This document shows, one piece after another, positions 38,379 through 48,654 of a DNA stretch of 64,000 nt (position 1 is the first letter of the stretch; the number at the start of each line of letters is the position of its first letter). A program made the position numbers and the translations under genes. Under the pieces are notes generated by a model. That model had not been told where the DNA came from, made no database searches, and saw nothing but the letters and a program-made list of their open reading frames with translations. The stretch covers positions 1 through 64,000 of the forward strand of contig JAVZNE010000004.1 of NCBI GenBank assembly GCA_038882975.1, read 5' to 3'. This DNA comes from Candidatus Bathyarchaeia archaeon. GTDB taxonomy: Archaea > Thermoproteota > Bathyarchaeia > Bathyarchaeales > Bathycorpusculaceae.

Positions 38379-39568
38379 TAGTACTCAGCCCTTAAGACTT
38401 CGGCTATTCGCATTTTTGCAGCGTTTACTGCCGGGAGAACTCCGCCGAGGCAGCAGACTGCAACAACCGTCACAAAGATTTGAATCATGTAGGCGGGCGT
38501 GACTATGTCAAAAAGTCCTGGAAGGAAAAGGTGTATCGGGATGTTTGTGTATAGACTTGCTAATACAACAGCTGCTATGGAACCAAGCGTTATCCCAAAG
38601 ATTCCGCCCAAAACGCCTATTATGGCTGCTTCAAAAATTACTATGCGGAAAATGTAGCTTATCGGTGCGCCTAAAGCATCTAGAGTTGCAAAGTCTCGTC
38701 GTCTTTCTGAAACGCTCATGAGGTTTACTGTCATGACGAGTATGAGGCTCATAATAAAGACAATGGATTGTATGCCGATGTTCCAGCTTTCAATTTGGGC
38801 GAAGATTGGTTGAACTACATCGTTCCTCTCATCCTCTGTTAAGGCTTTAACAGAATCCTTATAATCTACATGATTTTCAATGGCTGCCGCGAGGTCTTTC
38901 GGCTCACAGTTCTTAACAGGTTTTATTAAAATTATGTTAGCTTTGCCTTGGTAATCGTAGATTTTTTGAGCAAGTTTCAGGGACATGACCAAAAAGCGAT
39001 CTAAAACGGCTGATTTCGTGTCTAAAACTCCAACAACTGTTACGTTGTGTCCGCCAATCTGTAGCATGTTCCCAACAGCAAAATTATATTGTTTTGCTAG
39101 GGAACCGCCTATAACCACCTCATTGCATGTGTCATTTGCTGGGAGGCGCCCACCGCTTTTCAGCATTATGGGTCCAAGAACACTTTGCCACTTGTCAATT
39201 GGTATGCCAAGACTAAAGTTTTCAGGCACCGGGAGAAGGGTGTTTCCAAAATAAATTGAAGGCGTAACTAATAGGGCTGGAACCGCATCTTCAACTTCTG
39301 AAAAACTTTCCTTTAATTCTACAGCTAACCTTTCAGGAAGCATGCCTCGGGTTATCGGTATTGCTTGAATCACTATCGCTCCTTTGGTTACAACCATAAT
39401 TTGTCCGCTGAAAAGCACATTCATACTCTTGATTACGGTTATGTAACGCGTTGTGGTGGCGCCAACCGCAATAACAAATGCTGTTGCCAAGGCTACACCT
39501 AAAATACAAAGGATCGTTCTAAGCTTTCTTCGAAACAAGTTACGGAAACAAAACGTTAGCAATCTCAT
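38378..39568 (-). CDS. FtsX/MacB-type ABC permease
   Basis: NLFRRKLRT, extracytoplasmic domain, SVSERRRDF...LGA; start at ATG 39568. Confidence 0.9.
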   Translation of the reverse strand: MRLLTFCFRNLFRRKLRTILCILGVALATAFVIAVGATTTRYITVIKSMNVLFSGQIMVVTKGAIVIQAIPITRGMLPERLAVELKESFSEVEDAVPALLVTPSIYFGNTLLPVPENFSLGIPIDKWQSVLGPIMLKSGGRLPANDTCNEVVIGGSLAKQYNFAVGNMLQIGGHNVTVVGVLDTKSAVLDRFLVMSLKLAQKIYDYQGKANIILIKPVKNCEPKDLAAAIENHVDYKDSVKALTEDERNDVVQPIFAQIESWNIGIQSIVFIMSLILVMTVNLMSVSERRRDFATLDALGAPISYIFRIVIFEAAIIGVLGGIFGITLGSIAAVVLASLYTNIPIHLFLPGLFDIVTPAYMIQIFVTVVAVCCLGGVLPAVNAAKMRIAEVLRAEY

Positions 39569-39648
39569 TTCAAAACTACTATAGCTGTTAAAATATTTAT
39601 AAAACATTATACACAACATAACATCGTTTACGTTAAGGAGATATCGAA

Positions 39649-42600
39649 ATGAAAGGAAAAATATGTATTTTAACTGCTGCGATTCTTCTGCTTTTGTCGG
39701 TAACAGTCTCGCCATTGTGGATTAATAGGACGGCAAAAGCAAGCGACGGTGCCGTATTAACTGGAAATGTATATGATTATGGCTTGGACACGGATGGAGA
39801 TGGACTATACAATTATTTGGTTGCAAAACTGGAAGTAAACGTGGCTACCGCTGGAACTTATACTCTCCAAGTAAGCGGACTTGGTGATGAATATCAATAT
39901 GTATGGATTGGTGTTTCCAACACAACTTATCTCAACACGGGATCACAAAACATAAGCGTGAGATTCCTCGGTGCAGTTATACAACAATCGAAGATTAACG
40001 TGACAAAACTTGTTAATATACAACTTTACGACAAAAATTATCACTGGTGGGATTATCGCCAAGAACTAAGTCTATCAAAAACTTACAAATATTCGGAGTT
40101 TGATGAACCAGGAGCAAAATTCACAAACGTAATCTACGATAATGGTGTGGACACTGATGGTGATGGACTTTTCAATTACCTCAACATAAGTATTAAGCTT
40201 AATGTTACAGAATTTGGGATATACGAAGTTTCTATCAAAGGGTTGTATAACGCCACTTACAATTACGTCAATGTATACGGTAATACACAAGCACTTTTAT
40301 CTCCAGGAACACGTTATTTAAATGTATTCCTCGAAGGATGGATAATTCACGGATCTCGCGTAACAAACATTGTAATGATAGATCAGTTAAGTCTCCGTGT
40401 TGTAGATGAATTAACATCTATACCATATGAAATTGACTCGATGTGGTATTTCCCGCTAAGCAAAACATACAATTATACGGATTTTGAGTATCTTGCAAGG
40501 CTAACTGGAAGAGTAATCGATAATGGTGTGGACACTGATGGTGATGGATTCTTCAATTACCTCAACATAAGCTTTGAAATTGATGTCGCAGAAAGCGGAT
40601 TATATCAAGTTAATGTTGGGTATTTGACTAATGCATCCTCCTACTACGTAGACGTATACAGCACCGCAAGAGCAGTTTTAGCAACAGGAACATGTTACGT
40701 AAGCGTTTCAATTTATGGACCAAGAATTTATGCCTCTCATGTGACCAACATCACAATGATTGATTGGATACAACTCCTTTGGATAGACGAATCAACTTAC
40801 AGCTATACAATTGACTACAGAAAATTTATTCCATTAAGTCGAGCATATAATTATACGGATTTTGATTATTCTGCAAGGTTCACGGGAAAAATATTAGACG
40901 AAGGTGTTGACACTGACGGCAATGAATTATTTAACTATCTAAGAGTTGGAATTGAAGTTGAAGTTGAGAAGGAAAGCGATTATGTTATCTATGCTCATGG
41001 GCTGTCCGAAAATGGAAGAAACTTATACGTTTACCAAAGCACTTGGACCCACTTTGACGTTGGCACTCACACTGTTTACTTTGAATATTATGGCCCTATG
41101 TTCGCCCACTACCATTTTAGCCCTAAAAGTCTCAGCGGAATATATCTTTATGAAGCTAGCATTTGGGCACTTTTAGATCGAATTGATTTAGCTCCGCTTT
41201 CAAGAAAGTACAATTACACACTTTTCGACGCCCCTTCAGAAGACATGCAAGTTAATTTTACAGTCTATCCCAATGGCACAATAGCTCTTGACGGCTTGTT
41301 CAGTTATACGCATATGTATCCACAAAACACTGGCCCATTGATAAATGCTTCAATAAACCTTTCAACAGCTGGAAGAACTACAATAGGCTTCCTATCCGGA
41401 GCTTTACTCCTGCCAACGGATGACATGTTCCAGTGGCCCTTCAACTCCACAACTGCGCTCTTTAAATCAAAGATTCAGAACGGCCTATCAAACACAACAC
41501 TAGCTCTTACAATGTTAATGCCACCCGCTGCCGGTGGAACCTACCCCTTCAATTCAAGCAATTTCAGGTTGACATGCGGCTACAGCAATGGTATGCTCAA
41601 CTTTAACGTTTGGGGAGATACAAGACTGCCAGCCTCATTAGGGTCGATGTTTCCATTCAACGCCACAGACATAACGGTAAAGGCAGACTTTGAAGATGGA
41701 GAATTCGCTGGAAACATAACGTTTTACCTTATACCTTTTATTCCGGGCTTTTTGGATATCGTAGTGGACTTCGATGGAAATAGAACCGAATTGCGACTAA
41801 CAGACCACATAAACATCACTTATGGCAACTATCCGCCACTAATAGGAAAGATAAACTCCACAATCCTTGAAGGCCTTCTCGTCCATTTAAACAGCACGCT
41901 TCCAGGACCAAATGGCTTGATTGCCAACATGACAGATGGCCTACTCATATGCACACAATTAAACACAACCAAAACAGAGTGGCCGGACGGCAACGGTGCA
42001 GAAATTAGGTATAATGTCACTTTGCATGGAAACTTCACGATGCTTTTTGCAAAACTTCTAAACCAGATGATATTTGGAGGCAACCCCCAGTCGGAACAGT
42101 TTGCATACGCCATATTAGACTCGGTCTTTTCATCCGTTGAAACCGCCTCTTTAACGTTAGACTACTATCACACGCTAAAAAGAGCTACGATAGACATGGC
42201 TGTTTTATGCAACGTTGCAGAACTGTGGGGAAACATGCTGGAGAAGGTGCCTCCAACAGTTCCACCAGAATACAGGACGCAGATTACAGCATACCTTAAA
42301 ATCCTAAATGCCACAGCCTACGCCATCAAAGACTTCCGTTTGGATACACAGTACTTCAGCGACACACAAAAGTTGACACTAAACGCTTTGTTGTTAATAA
42401 ACAGCACCCAACTGGAGGGCGACATGACCACGCTGCTGCCAGAAACAGTGCCTAATGAGCAGTTACGCCAAATATTTGAGGAATACTTGAGTGTTAAATA
42501 CTGCAATTTGACAATGTACGATGCCATAATAAACTACACAAATGGAAAAACAGACTTTGCCGCCATGTGGACCCTTGAGGGCGACTTCAAAGCCGAGCTA

Positions 42601-43500
42601 AACCACATAAAACGTTTCTACATAGATTACTGGAACGCCACCAACCCGTGGTATATGCCATGGCAACTACGCCTGCTAAACGAGACAATAATTGACGCGA
42701 GCAACTTTTCAGCTGAGATTAGATTGGGCGAGGACTGGATGCTTCTAAGATTCAATGGCTTAATTCTCCAACCGCCAACAGACGTGGTTGACAATGTAAG
42801 GTTCAAACTGTACAGGTTCTTCAACATGACAAGCTACGACCCATACGAGCCGCCGAGAGAATTCCAAAAACTGAAAATAACAATAACAGGTGCCTTCAAT
42901 GGAACCCGCACAATCTTGTTATATGCGCCGGACACCATGCCGCAACCAGATTCGACCTCAACAGACTTCAAGACAATGGTGTGGGAAAACGTTTCAATAA
43001 GCAGCCTAAAAGATTTGGAGTTCCGCATAGCTTACCAGCAAGTAGTAAACTACATTGGAACCCATAATGTCATAATCTTCACAAACTCCACAATGAGCAA
43101 CTTCAACTTCAACCCAAACCTCCCAGGCATAAGCTTCAACGTCACCGGCGCCACGGGAACAGGCTTCTGCCAAGTGGCAATTCCAAGGACGCTTCTCTAC
43201 GCAAGCCCCGCAGAATGGACTGTAAAAATTGATGGCCAACCATTAAACCCAAGCGAGTACACGGTAACAGAAAATGACGACTACGTCTTCATAACTCTAA
43301 ACTATACCCACTCGAGCCACCGAATCGAAATAGTTGGAACATGGGTGGTGTCAGAATTTAGCCCAAACATTCTCCCAATTGTATTCGCCATAATAGGGCT
43401 AATTGCCGCAATATTCGCATTCCAGCAAAGAAAAAACATAGGTAAAATAAAAATGAAATGTCAAAACATAACAAGAATTTTGTTTAAAAATTCCCTATAG
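39649..43500 (+). CDS. Large secreted cell-surface (glyco)protein with four DTDGDG-type repeats and C-terminal membrane anchor
   Basis: Signal peptide, 4 repeats of about 120-135 aa, many N-x-S/T sequons, VSEF + TM + basic tail. Confidence 0.85.
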   Translation: MKGKICILTAAILLLLSVTVSPLWINRTAKASDGAVLTGNVYDYGLDTDGDGLYNYLVAKLEVNVATAGTYTLQVSGLGDEYQYVWIGVSNTTYLNTGSQNISVRFLGAVIQQSKINVTKLVNIQLYDKNYHWWDYRQELSLSKTYKYSEFDEPGAKFTNVIYDNGVDTDGDGLFNYLNISIKLNVTEFGIYEVSIKGLYNATYNYVNVYGNTQALLSPGTRYLNVFLEGWIIHGSRVTNIVMIDQLSLRVVDELTSIPYEIDSMWYFPLSKTYNYTDFEYLARLTGRVIDNGVDTDGDGFFNYLNISFEIDVAESGLYQVNVGYLTNASSYYVDVYSTARAVLATGTCYVSVSIYGPRIYASHVTNITMIDWIQLLWIDESTYSYTIDYRKFIPLSRAYNYTDFDYSARFTGKILDEGVDTDGNELFNYLRVGIEVEVEKESDYVIYAHGLSENGRNLYVYQSTWTHFDVGTHTVYFEYYGPMFAHYHFSPKSLSGIYLYEASIWALLDRIDLAPLSRKYNYTLFDAPSEDMQVNFTVYPNGTIALDGLFSYTHMYPQNTGPLINASINLSTAGRTTIGFLSGALLLPTDDMFQWPFNSTTALFKSKIQNGLSNTTLALTMLMPPAAGGTYPFNSSNFRLTCGYSNGMLNFNVWGDTRLPASLGSMFPFNATDITVKADFEDGEFAGNITFYLIPFIPGFLDIVVDFDGNRTELRLTDHINITYGNYPPLIGKINSTILEGLLVHLNSTLPGPNGLIANMTDGLLICTQLNTTKTEWPDGNGAEIRYNVTLHGNFTMLFAKLLNQMIFGGNPQSEQFAYAILDSVFSSVETASLTLDYYHTLKRATIDMAVLCNVAELWGNMLEKVPPTVPPEYRTQITAYLKILNATAYAIKDFRLDTQYFSDTQKLTLNALLLINSTQLEGDMTTLLPETVPNEQLRQIFEEYLSVKYCNLTMYDAIINYTNGKTDFAAMWTLEGDFKAELNHIKRFYIDYWNATNPWYMPWQLRLLNETIIDASNFSAEIRLGEDWMLLRFNGLILQPPTDVVDNVRFKLYRFFNMTSYDPYEPPREFQKLKITITGAFNGTRTILLYAPDTMPQPDSTSTDFKTMVWENVSISSLKDLEFRIAYQQVVNYIGTHNVIIFTNSTMSNFNFNPNLPGISFNVTGATGTGFCQVAIPRTLLYASPAEWTVKIDGQPLNPSEYTVTENDDYVFITLNYTHSSHRIEIVGTWVVSEFSPNILPIVFAIIGLIAAIFAFQQRKNIGKIKMKCQNITRILFKNSL
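40138..40571 (+). repeat. Near-identical 53-bp direct repeat (40138-40190 and 40519-40571)
   Basis: GATAATGGTGTGGACACTGATGGTGATGGA...TTCAATTACCTCAACATAAG, 2 mismatches, 381 bp apart. Confidence 0.9.
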
Positions 43501-43561
43501 CTCCCAACCTCCTTTCTTTAAGTTATAACCAATTTATTGAAAGTCGAGATTCGCCCAATAG

Positions 43562-43634
43562 AGCCGGGGGTGGGAGTTGAACCCACATATAGCTGCTCTG
43601 CAGGCAGCCGCCTGAACCGTTCGGCCACCCCGGC
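43562..43634 (-). tRNA. tRNA-Cys(GCA), intronless, CCA not encoded
   Basis: Acceptor GCCGGGG/CCCCGGC, anticodon arm GCTGC-CTGCAGA-GCAGC, U discriminator. Confidence 0.96.
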
Positions 43635-43677
43635 ACGCTTTCAAATAGAGTTTTGTCTGGTGGGTGTAATAAAGGTT

Positions 43678-44724
43678 TTATTGGTTTAATCCTATTTTTT
43701 GGGCTATTTCTCTGTAGATTTTTTGGGCTGCTTCTTCGTTGTCTATGTTTTTTATTAGCATGCGTCCACTGTTAAACAGTGTTATTTCGTAGTTTTTGTA
43801 TGTAAAGGCTATTGCCATTGAGGATTTTACGCGTACTTTGAAGTTTTGCTTTATTTTTGTATGGATGGCTTCAAGGTTTAGTTTTGCTGGTTTTTCTGGG
43901 TTTATGTTGACTGTGTTTCTTCCGCAAAGCCAGACAAGCTTTTCCCTTGGTTTTTGGGTTGCTATTTCGCCCCGGCATGCTGGACAGTTTTCCCTCTTGT
44001 ATATGTCTATTGTGGTGAAGTACATGTCGCTGAAGTCGCATATCATAAGCTTGCCCTTTAACAGTGTGCCTACTCCGGCTAGAAGCTTTATTGTTTCCAC
44101 GGCTTCCATTGTTCCAATAATTCCGGGAGTCGCGCCTAAAACTCCCCTAACATCGCATGTTAGCAAGCTGCTATCTTCAAGGTTTGGCAAAACACATTCC
44201 AAACATGGAGTTTCAGGCGGAGCGAAAACGGATAGGTTGCCTTCTACTCCTATAGCGGCCCCAAAAATGTAGGGGATTTTAAGCTTTATGCAAGTACGAT
44301 TAACAAGGTAGCGTGTGCGCATGTTATCCAAACCGTCAACAACGCAGTCAACATCCTCTAGTAGTTTTTCGGCGTTGTCCACGTTTAAGTTCTCTGGAAC
44401 CGCCTCAACCTTAACGAAGGGATTCATCCCCATAAGCCTCTTTGCTGAAACCTCGGCTTTTGGATAGCGCAAATCTTGTGGCGTGTATAAGACTTGTCTG
44501 TGAAGATTGTGCAGTTCCACAGTGTCTTGGTCTATTAGGCGTAGGTAGCCAACACCCGCAAGCGTCAAATAAAGTGATGCCACTGTGCCAAGTCCGCCGA
44601 GTCCGACAACCGCAACCCTCGCCTTTGCAAGCTTCTCTTGTCCTTGGCGTCCAAGCTCTTTCATAACGAGTTGGCGTCTGTAAAATTCTTCATATGATAT
44701 GCGTGGTCTTCGTGCTTTTGACAT
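43678..44724 (-). CDS. ThiF/MoeB/UbaA E1-like adenylyltransferase
   Basis: GLGGLG, NLHRQ, PCLEC, TCDVRGVLG, CPAC. Confidence 0.92.
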   Translation of the reverse strand: MSKARRPRISYEEFYRRQLVMKELGRQGQEKLAKARVAVVGLGGLGTVASLYLTLAGVGYLRLIDQDTVELHNLHRQVLYTPQDLRYPKAEVSAKRLMGMNPFVKVEAVPENLNVDNAEKLLEDVDCVVDGLDNMRTRYLVNRTCIKLKIPYIFGAAIGVEGNLSVFAPPETPCLECVLPNLEDSSLLTCDVRGVLGATPGIIGTMEAVETIKLLAGVGTLLKGKLMICDFSDMYFTTIDIYKRENCPACRGEIATQKPREKLVWLCGRNTVNINPEKPAKLNLEAIHTKIKQNFKVRVKSSMAIAFTYKNYEITLFNSGRMLIKNIDNEEAAQKIYREIAQKIGLNQ

Positions 44725-44755
44725 TTCAAATCTTCCTTATATGGGGTTAAGCATA

Positions 44756-46459
44756 TTAAATGCTGTCCCGCCGCCTTATATTACCCTTTTTCAAAAACTG
44801 TTTTTGGTAAATTTCCCTAACCCTCTGTATGGTGTCGGCCTCATCGGGAGTTTTGTCGTTCCTTATGCGGGTTATCCGCGCAAACCGCAGTGCCATGCCG
44901 CACTTGTATTTTGGACTTTTCTGAACTTCATTGTAGGCTACCTCAACAACAATCTTTGGGGTGACATAGACTCTGCGGTACTCCTCTTTTATTGCTAGCT
45001 CTTTTAGGCGTCTCGTCATCTCGATGATTTCGGAATCCGTTAACCCCTTGAAAGTTTTACCAATAACCAAAAATTCGCCAGTTTCAGCGTCACGAGCCGC
45101 CAGATAATAGTCTGAAAGCCATTCACGTCTCCGCCCATAACCGTACTCTGCGGCAACGATAACCAAGTCTAATGGTTCAAGGATTGGCTTTATCTTCAAC
45201 CAGTGTTTTCCACGGATTCCAGGTGCATATTCGCTGTTCAGTCTTTTAGCTATAAGCCCCTCATGTCCGCAGTCAACGGCCTCCCTAAGGAAACGTTCGG
45301 CTTCTTCAACAATATCGGTAATTATTTGTTTTGTTAGCGGTATACCGCCAGCATTTTCCGCCAAAATTTGTCTCCGCTGAAGATAGGGCAATGTGATTAA
45401 GCTTTCACCATTTAGATATAGGATGTCAAAGAGGTAAAGCCTAACTGGGATTGTTTCAGCCACATCTTCTATTTCATGAACCCTCTTAAACCTCCGCATA
45501 AGATGCTGAAAAGGAATCGGGTGCCCTTTATTATCTATGGCTATTACCTCGCCCTCCATAATGGCTTCACGGGCTTTAACCTCCTTTTTTACAATGTCGG
45601 CTATTTCTGGCAAACTTTGGGTGACGTCTGTTAATCTACGGCTGAAAATTTGCACGTCATCGCCGCACTTATGAATTTGAACCCTAGCACCGTCAAGTTT
45701 ATGCTCAAAGGCTGTTCGTCCACCATGCTCTTTTAAAGCTTCAGCCACGTCATTAGCCATTTGAGCCAGCATAAGCTTAACAGGCCTAAAAACTTGAAAG
45801 CTAATTTTTGAAAGCGCTTCTCTCCCTTTAGTTTTAATTAACGCCGCCACAGTGCTGATATCCCCAAGCACCATTCCCGCCTTTTTAACGGCTTCAAGTG
45901 GTATCTGAAAAGCCTTTGAAACTGCTTGCTCCATCAATCCTTCATAGAAGCCCGTTCGCATTTCACCAATTAATATTTTAACCAGATATTTCGCTTCAAG
46001 CGGAGAAGCCAAACTAAGCAAAGCCTCGATTAAGCGTTCCTTTTTCTCCCTGGAACCATATCCAACGGTTTCCGCTATAGCCTCAAAACTGCGCCTAACT
46101 TCCAGTATCGTTAAAGGCCTTTCAAAAAGCACTGCTTGCCGCCTAACCTTGCAGCTTTCAAAAACAATTTTCGCAGCTGAACCCACGTCTCCGGTTTGGT
46201 TAAAGGCTTCTAGAAAAATTTTCCACTCAACTCCAGTAATACGCCTAATAATGTCGCTTAGAGTAGCCCAACTTACGTCAAGAGTTTGCTGACTCCACTT
46301 TGGAAATGGTCTCCCCAAAATCATCGAGATCGCTGGCTCAACCTCACTTGGCTCAAGGCCTTTTAAGAAATCTGCTACAAGGTTTACAGCTGGAACACGC
46401 CTACTCATACCCTCCAGTTTCTCACATAACTCTGCCAAAGCCTTAAACAATGTAGGCAT
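44756..46459 (-). CDS. Second ATP-dependent DNA ligase
   Basis: EHKLDGAR, EGLIAK, WLKIK, ALRFARI. Confidence 0.95.
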   Translation of the reverse strand: MPTLFKALAELCEKLEGMSRRVPAVNLVADFLKGLEPSEVEPAISMILGRPFPKWSQQTLDVSWATLSDIIRRITGVEWKIFLEAFNQTGDVGSAAKIVFESCKVRRQAVLFERPLTILEVRRSFEAIAETVGYGSREKKERLIEALLSLASPLEAKYLVKILIGEMRTGFYEGLMEQAVSKAFQIPLEAVKKAGMVLGDISTVAALIKTKGREALSKISFQVFRPVKLMLAQMANDVAEALKEHGGRTAFEHKLDGARVQIHKCGDDVQIFSRRLTDVTQSLPEIADIVKKEVKAREAIMEGEVIAIDNKGHPIPFQHLMRRFKRVHEIEDVAETIPVRLYLFDILYLNGESLITLPYLQRRQILAENAGGIPLTKQIITDIVEEAERFLREAVDCGHEGLIAKRLNSEYAPGIRGKHWLKIKPILEPLDLVIVAAEYGYGRRREWLSDYYLAARDAETGEFLVIGKTFKGLTDSEIIEMTRRLKELAIKEEYRRVYVTPKIVVEVAYNEVQKSPKYKCGMALRFARITRIRNDKTPDEADTIQRVREIYQKQFLKKGNIRRRDSI

Positions 46460-46556
46460 AACAACACACTTTAATTCCGCCATGCTAAAATGACGCAGCA
46501 GAAATTAAAATTGTTTATTTCAACACAATTGGAATAAAAAGGGGGATGCAACGCTT

Positions 46557-46931
46557 TTAGAAAGACTCTTCAAGCTTTGCTTTAACCTCTTTAATCTTTT
46601 TCTCGGTCTCCGAAACCTTCTCATTTTCTTCCAGAGCCCTATAGCAGTCTCTTGCATACTCTAAGGCGCTGACACCAAATCTGTCAAAGCCCTTTTGGAA
46701 GGAGAGCTCAGCAGACTTTAGAAAATACTCCACAGCGCCAGCATAATCCTTCAACATGAAAGCACACTCGCCAGCCTTAAAAAGCGCATATGTAGCGTCG
46801 AAAAAGTTGTTCTTCCCCTTGTAAAGCTCAGAAGCCTTCAGAAACTTCTCTTTTGCCTCCTCATACTTACCAATCTCGTAAAGTGTATTCCCATCTTTGT
46901 GCAATTTAACAGGGTCTTCCTCTTCCGCCAT
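46557..46931 (-). CDS. Small TPR-like helical repeat protein
   Basis: GNTLYEIGKYEEAKEKF, AGECAFMLKDYAGAVEYF. Confidence 0.75.
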   Translation of the reverse strand: MAEEEDPVKLHKDGNTLYEIGKYEEAKEKFLKASELYKGKNNFFDATYALFKAGECAFMLKDYAGAVEYFLKSAELSFQKGFDRFGVSALEYARDCYRALEENEKVSETEKKIKEVKAKLEESF

Positions 46932-47076
46932 GACTACCAACCCATAACTTGCTATACCAGACTACAAACATAAATTTAGGTTTTCCTTAATGGAGTCCTT
47001 TGAAACATTTTAACTGTTAGGGTTAAATAGGCGTAATGTTAAAACGCTCACACTATAAGGGCAAGGCGAGGTTAGC

Positions 47077-47754
47077 ATGTCTGTTGACGCATTAATCGTG
47101 ACAAGGAGCCTAAAAGAAGTTTTACCTCAAACCATTAAAAGCCTTCAATATTATCCTTTTGAGAATATTATCATTGTCACAGGAGAAAAAGCAGACCTTA
47201 AGCGCCAAAAAGACTGGTTTGACCTCATCGTTTATGGAGGTAAAGAACCCCTCGGACAGCAGAGGAACATAGGTTTAGACCTTGTTAAGTCAGAATTCGC
47301 CTGCATGGTCGACTCGGACATAGTTTTAACAAAGGGATACATAGAAACCCTGCTAAAACTTTTTGGAGATCCGAAAGTTGCAGTTGCCCGTGGAAGACTT
47401 TTTCCACTTCGCCCAGAAAATCTATACTCAAACATGAAGTCACGCATAACCGAAGCATTCAACATAATGCATAGACAAGTAGGATGTGACGCCGCACTTT
47501 ACAGATCCAGCATAGTAAAGAAGGTTAGGTTTAATCCCAAACTATACACTAGGGAAGACCATGACCTGAACAATAGGCTGAGGAAACTAGGATATAAGGT
47601 AATTTTTACAAAGGATGCCTACTGCTTCCACGACTTCAGAATGTCGATTAAATTAGAAATTGAGCATCACGCCAAGCGGGGAAACATATACGCATTACTA
47701 TGCTCATGGGCCAGAAACATTTCAAGACCTATATTCTTCTTTATGCCTTGGTAG
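47077..47754 (+). CDS. Glycosyltransferase family 2
   Basis: RNIG, VDSD, EDHDL. Confidence 0.85.
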   Translation: MSVDALIVTRSLKEVLPQTIKSLQYYPFENIIIVTGEKADLKRQKDWFDLIVYGGKEPLGQQRNIGLDLVKSEFACMVDSDIVLTKGYIETLLKLFGDPKVAVARGRLFPLRPENLYSNMKSRITEAFNIMHRQVGCDAALYRSSIVKKVRFNPKLYTREDHDLNNRLRKLGYKVIFTKDAYCFHDFRMSIKLEIEHHAKRGNIYALLCSWARNISRPIFFFMPW

Positions 47755-47765
47755 ATAACTAAAGT

Positions 47766-48515
47766 TCACTTAGTTTTTCTTTTTAGTTTTTGAGACAAGC
47801 TTCTGTATAAGACATAAACCGTGTAAAAGGCGTAGGCTGCGAAAAATTTTGGAAGCTTTCGGAAACTGCAAAAACGTAGATTTTCAATAAGTATGCGTAT
47901 ACTTCCCTTTACCGTCCAAACCTCTGGAGGTCTAAAGTGTATGCAGTAAGGGTTGTATGTCGCCACGAGTCTATAGCCTTTCTTCTCTATCCATTCTTTA
48001 ATGAAGGCGTCTTCAAAAACGTGTAGATTTCTTGGGATTTCCACGTCTTCAAGAACGTTGCGGCGCACAAGTAGGTCGTGGGTTCCTCCTCTCATATTGA
48101 AAATTTTCCATGTTGTCTTCAAGAAAAGCTTTAACACTATGGGGTTTTTGATGCCTTCCCAGATTTCTATACCCCAAATCCCTCCAACATCGTCCGCCAC
48201 CAAGTTTTTGGCTTTTTCAAACCATTTATCACAAAGGACAACATCACTATCCACAAAGACAAACCATTCAGTTCTAACCTCCCTTATACCCTTCATCCTT
48301 GCGCTGCCACGCGTGCTATTATCCAACAATAGAACTACATTGCCATATTTCTCCCTGAATTTTTCAACAATTTTTAATGTAGAATCAGTTGAGTAACCAT
48401 CCACAATTATTAGACGGTTTACTGGGATATTTTTGTAGATGGAGTTTAAGCATTTTTCTAAAACTCGTTCGCTATTTTTTGTAAGCACTACAACGTCCAC
48501 GTTTCCGAAGGGCAC
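47766..48515 (-). CDS. Glycosyltransferase family 2
   Basis: LTKNS, VDGYSTD, VDSD, FED. Confidence 0.88.
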   Translation of the reverse strand: MPFGNVDVVVLTKNSERVLEKCLNSIYKNIPVNRLIIVDGYSTDSTLKIVEKFREKYGNVVLLLDNSTRGSARMKGIREVRTEWFVFVDSDVVLCDKWFEKAKNLVADDVGGIWGIEIWEGIKNPIVLKLFLKTTWKIFNMRGGTHDLLVRRNVLEDVEIPRNLHVFEDAFIKEWIEKKGYRLVATYNPYCIHFRPPEVWTVKGSIRILIENLRFCSFRKLPKFFAAYAFYTVYVLYRSLSQKLKRKTK

Positions 48516-48654
48516 CCTGTCACCGTCGCTTTCACAATCGTGTTATTCGTAATGGTCGTTCGAAGGATTATAAAGATTTGTACATTTTACGTCACATATT
48601 TTTATTTGAACAGCTAGTAAACTAAATTAAGGCGTGTCTGAACGGTGCTATTGA

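Noticed and set aside
39569-39715. Long N-terminal extension of the ABC permease overlapping the surface-protein start
   Set aside because: The family-typical start is ATG 39568; the extension crosses the divergent promoter region.
37704-43634. Genomic island integrated at tRNA-Cys
   Set aside because: No duplicated tRNA 3' end (att site) and no integrase were found in the window.
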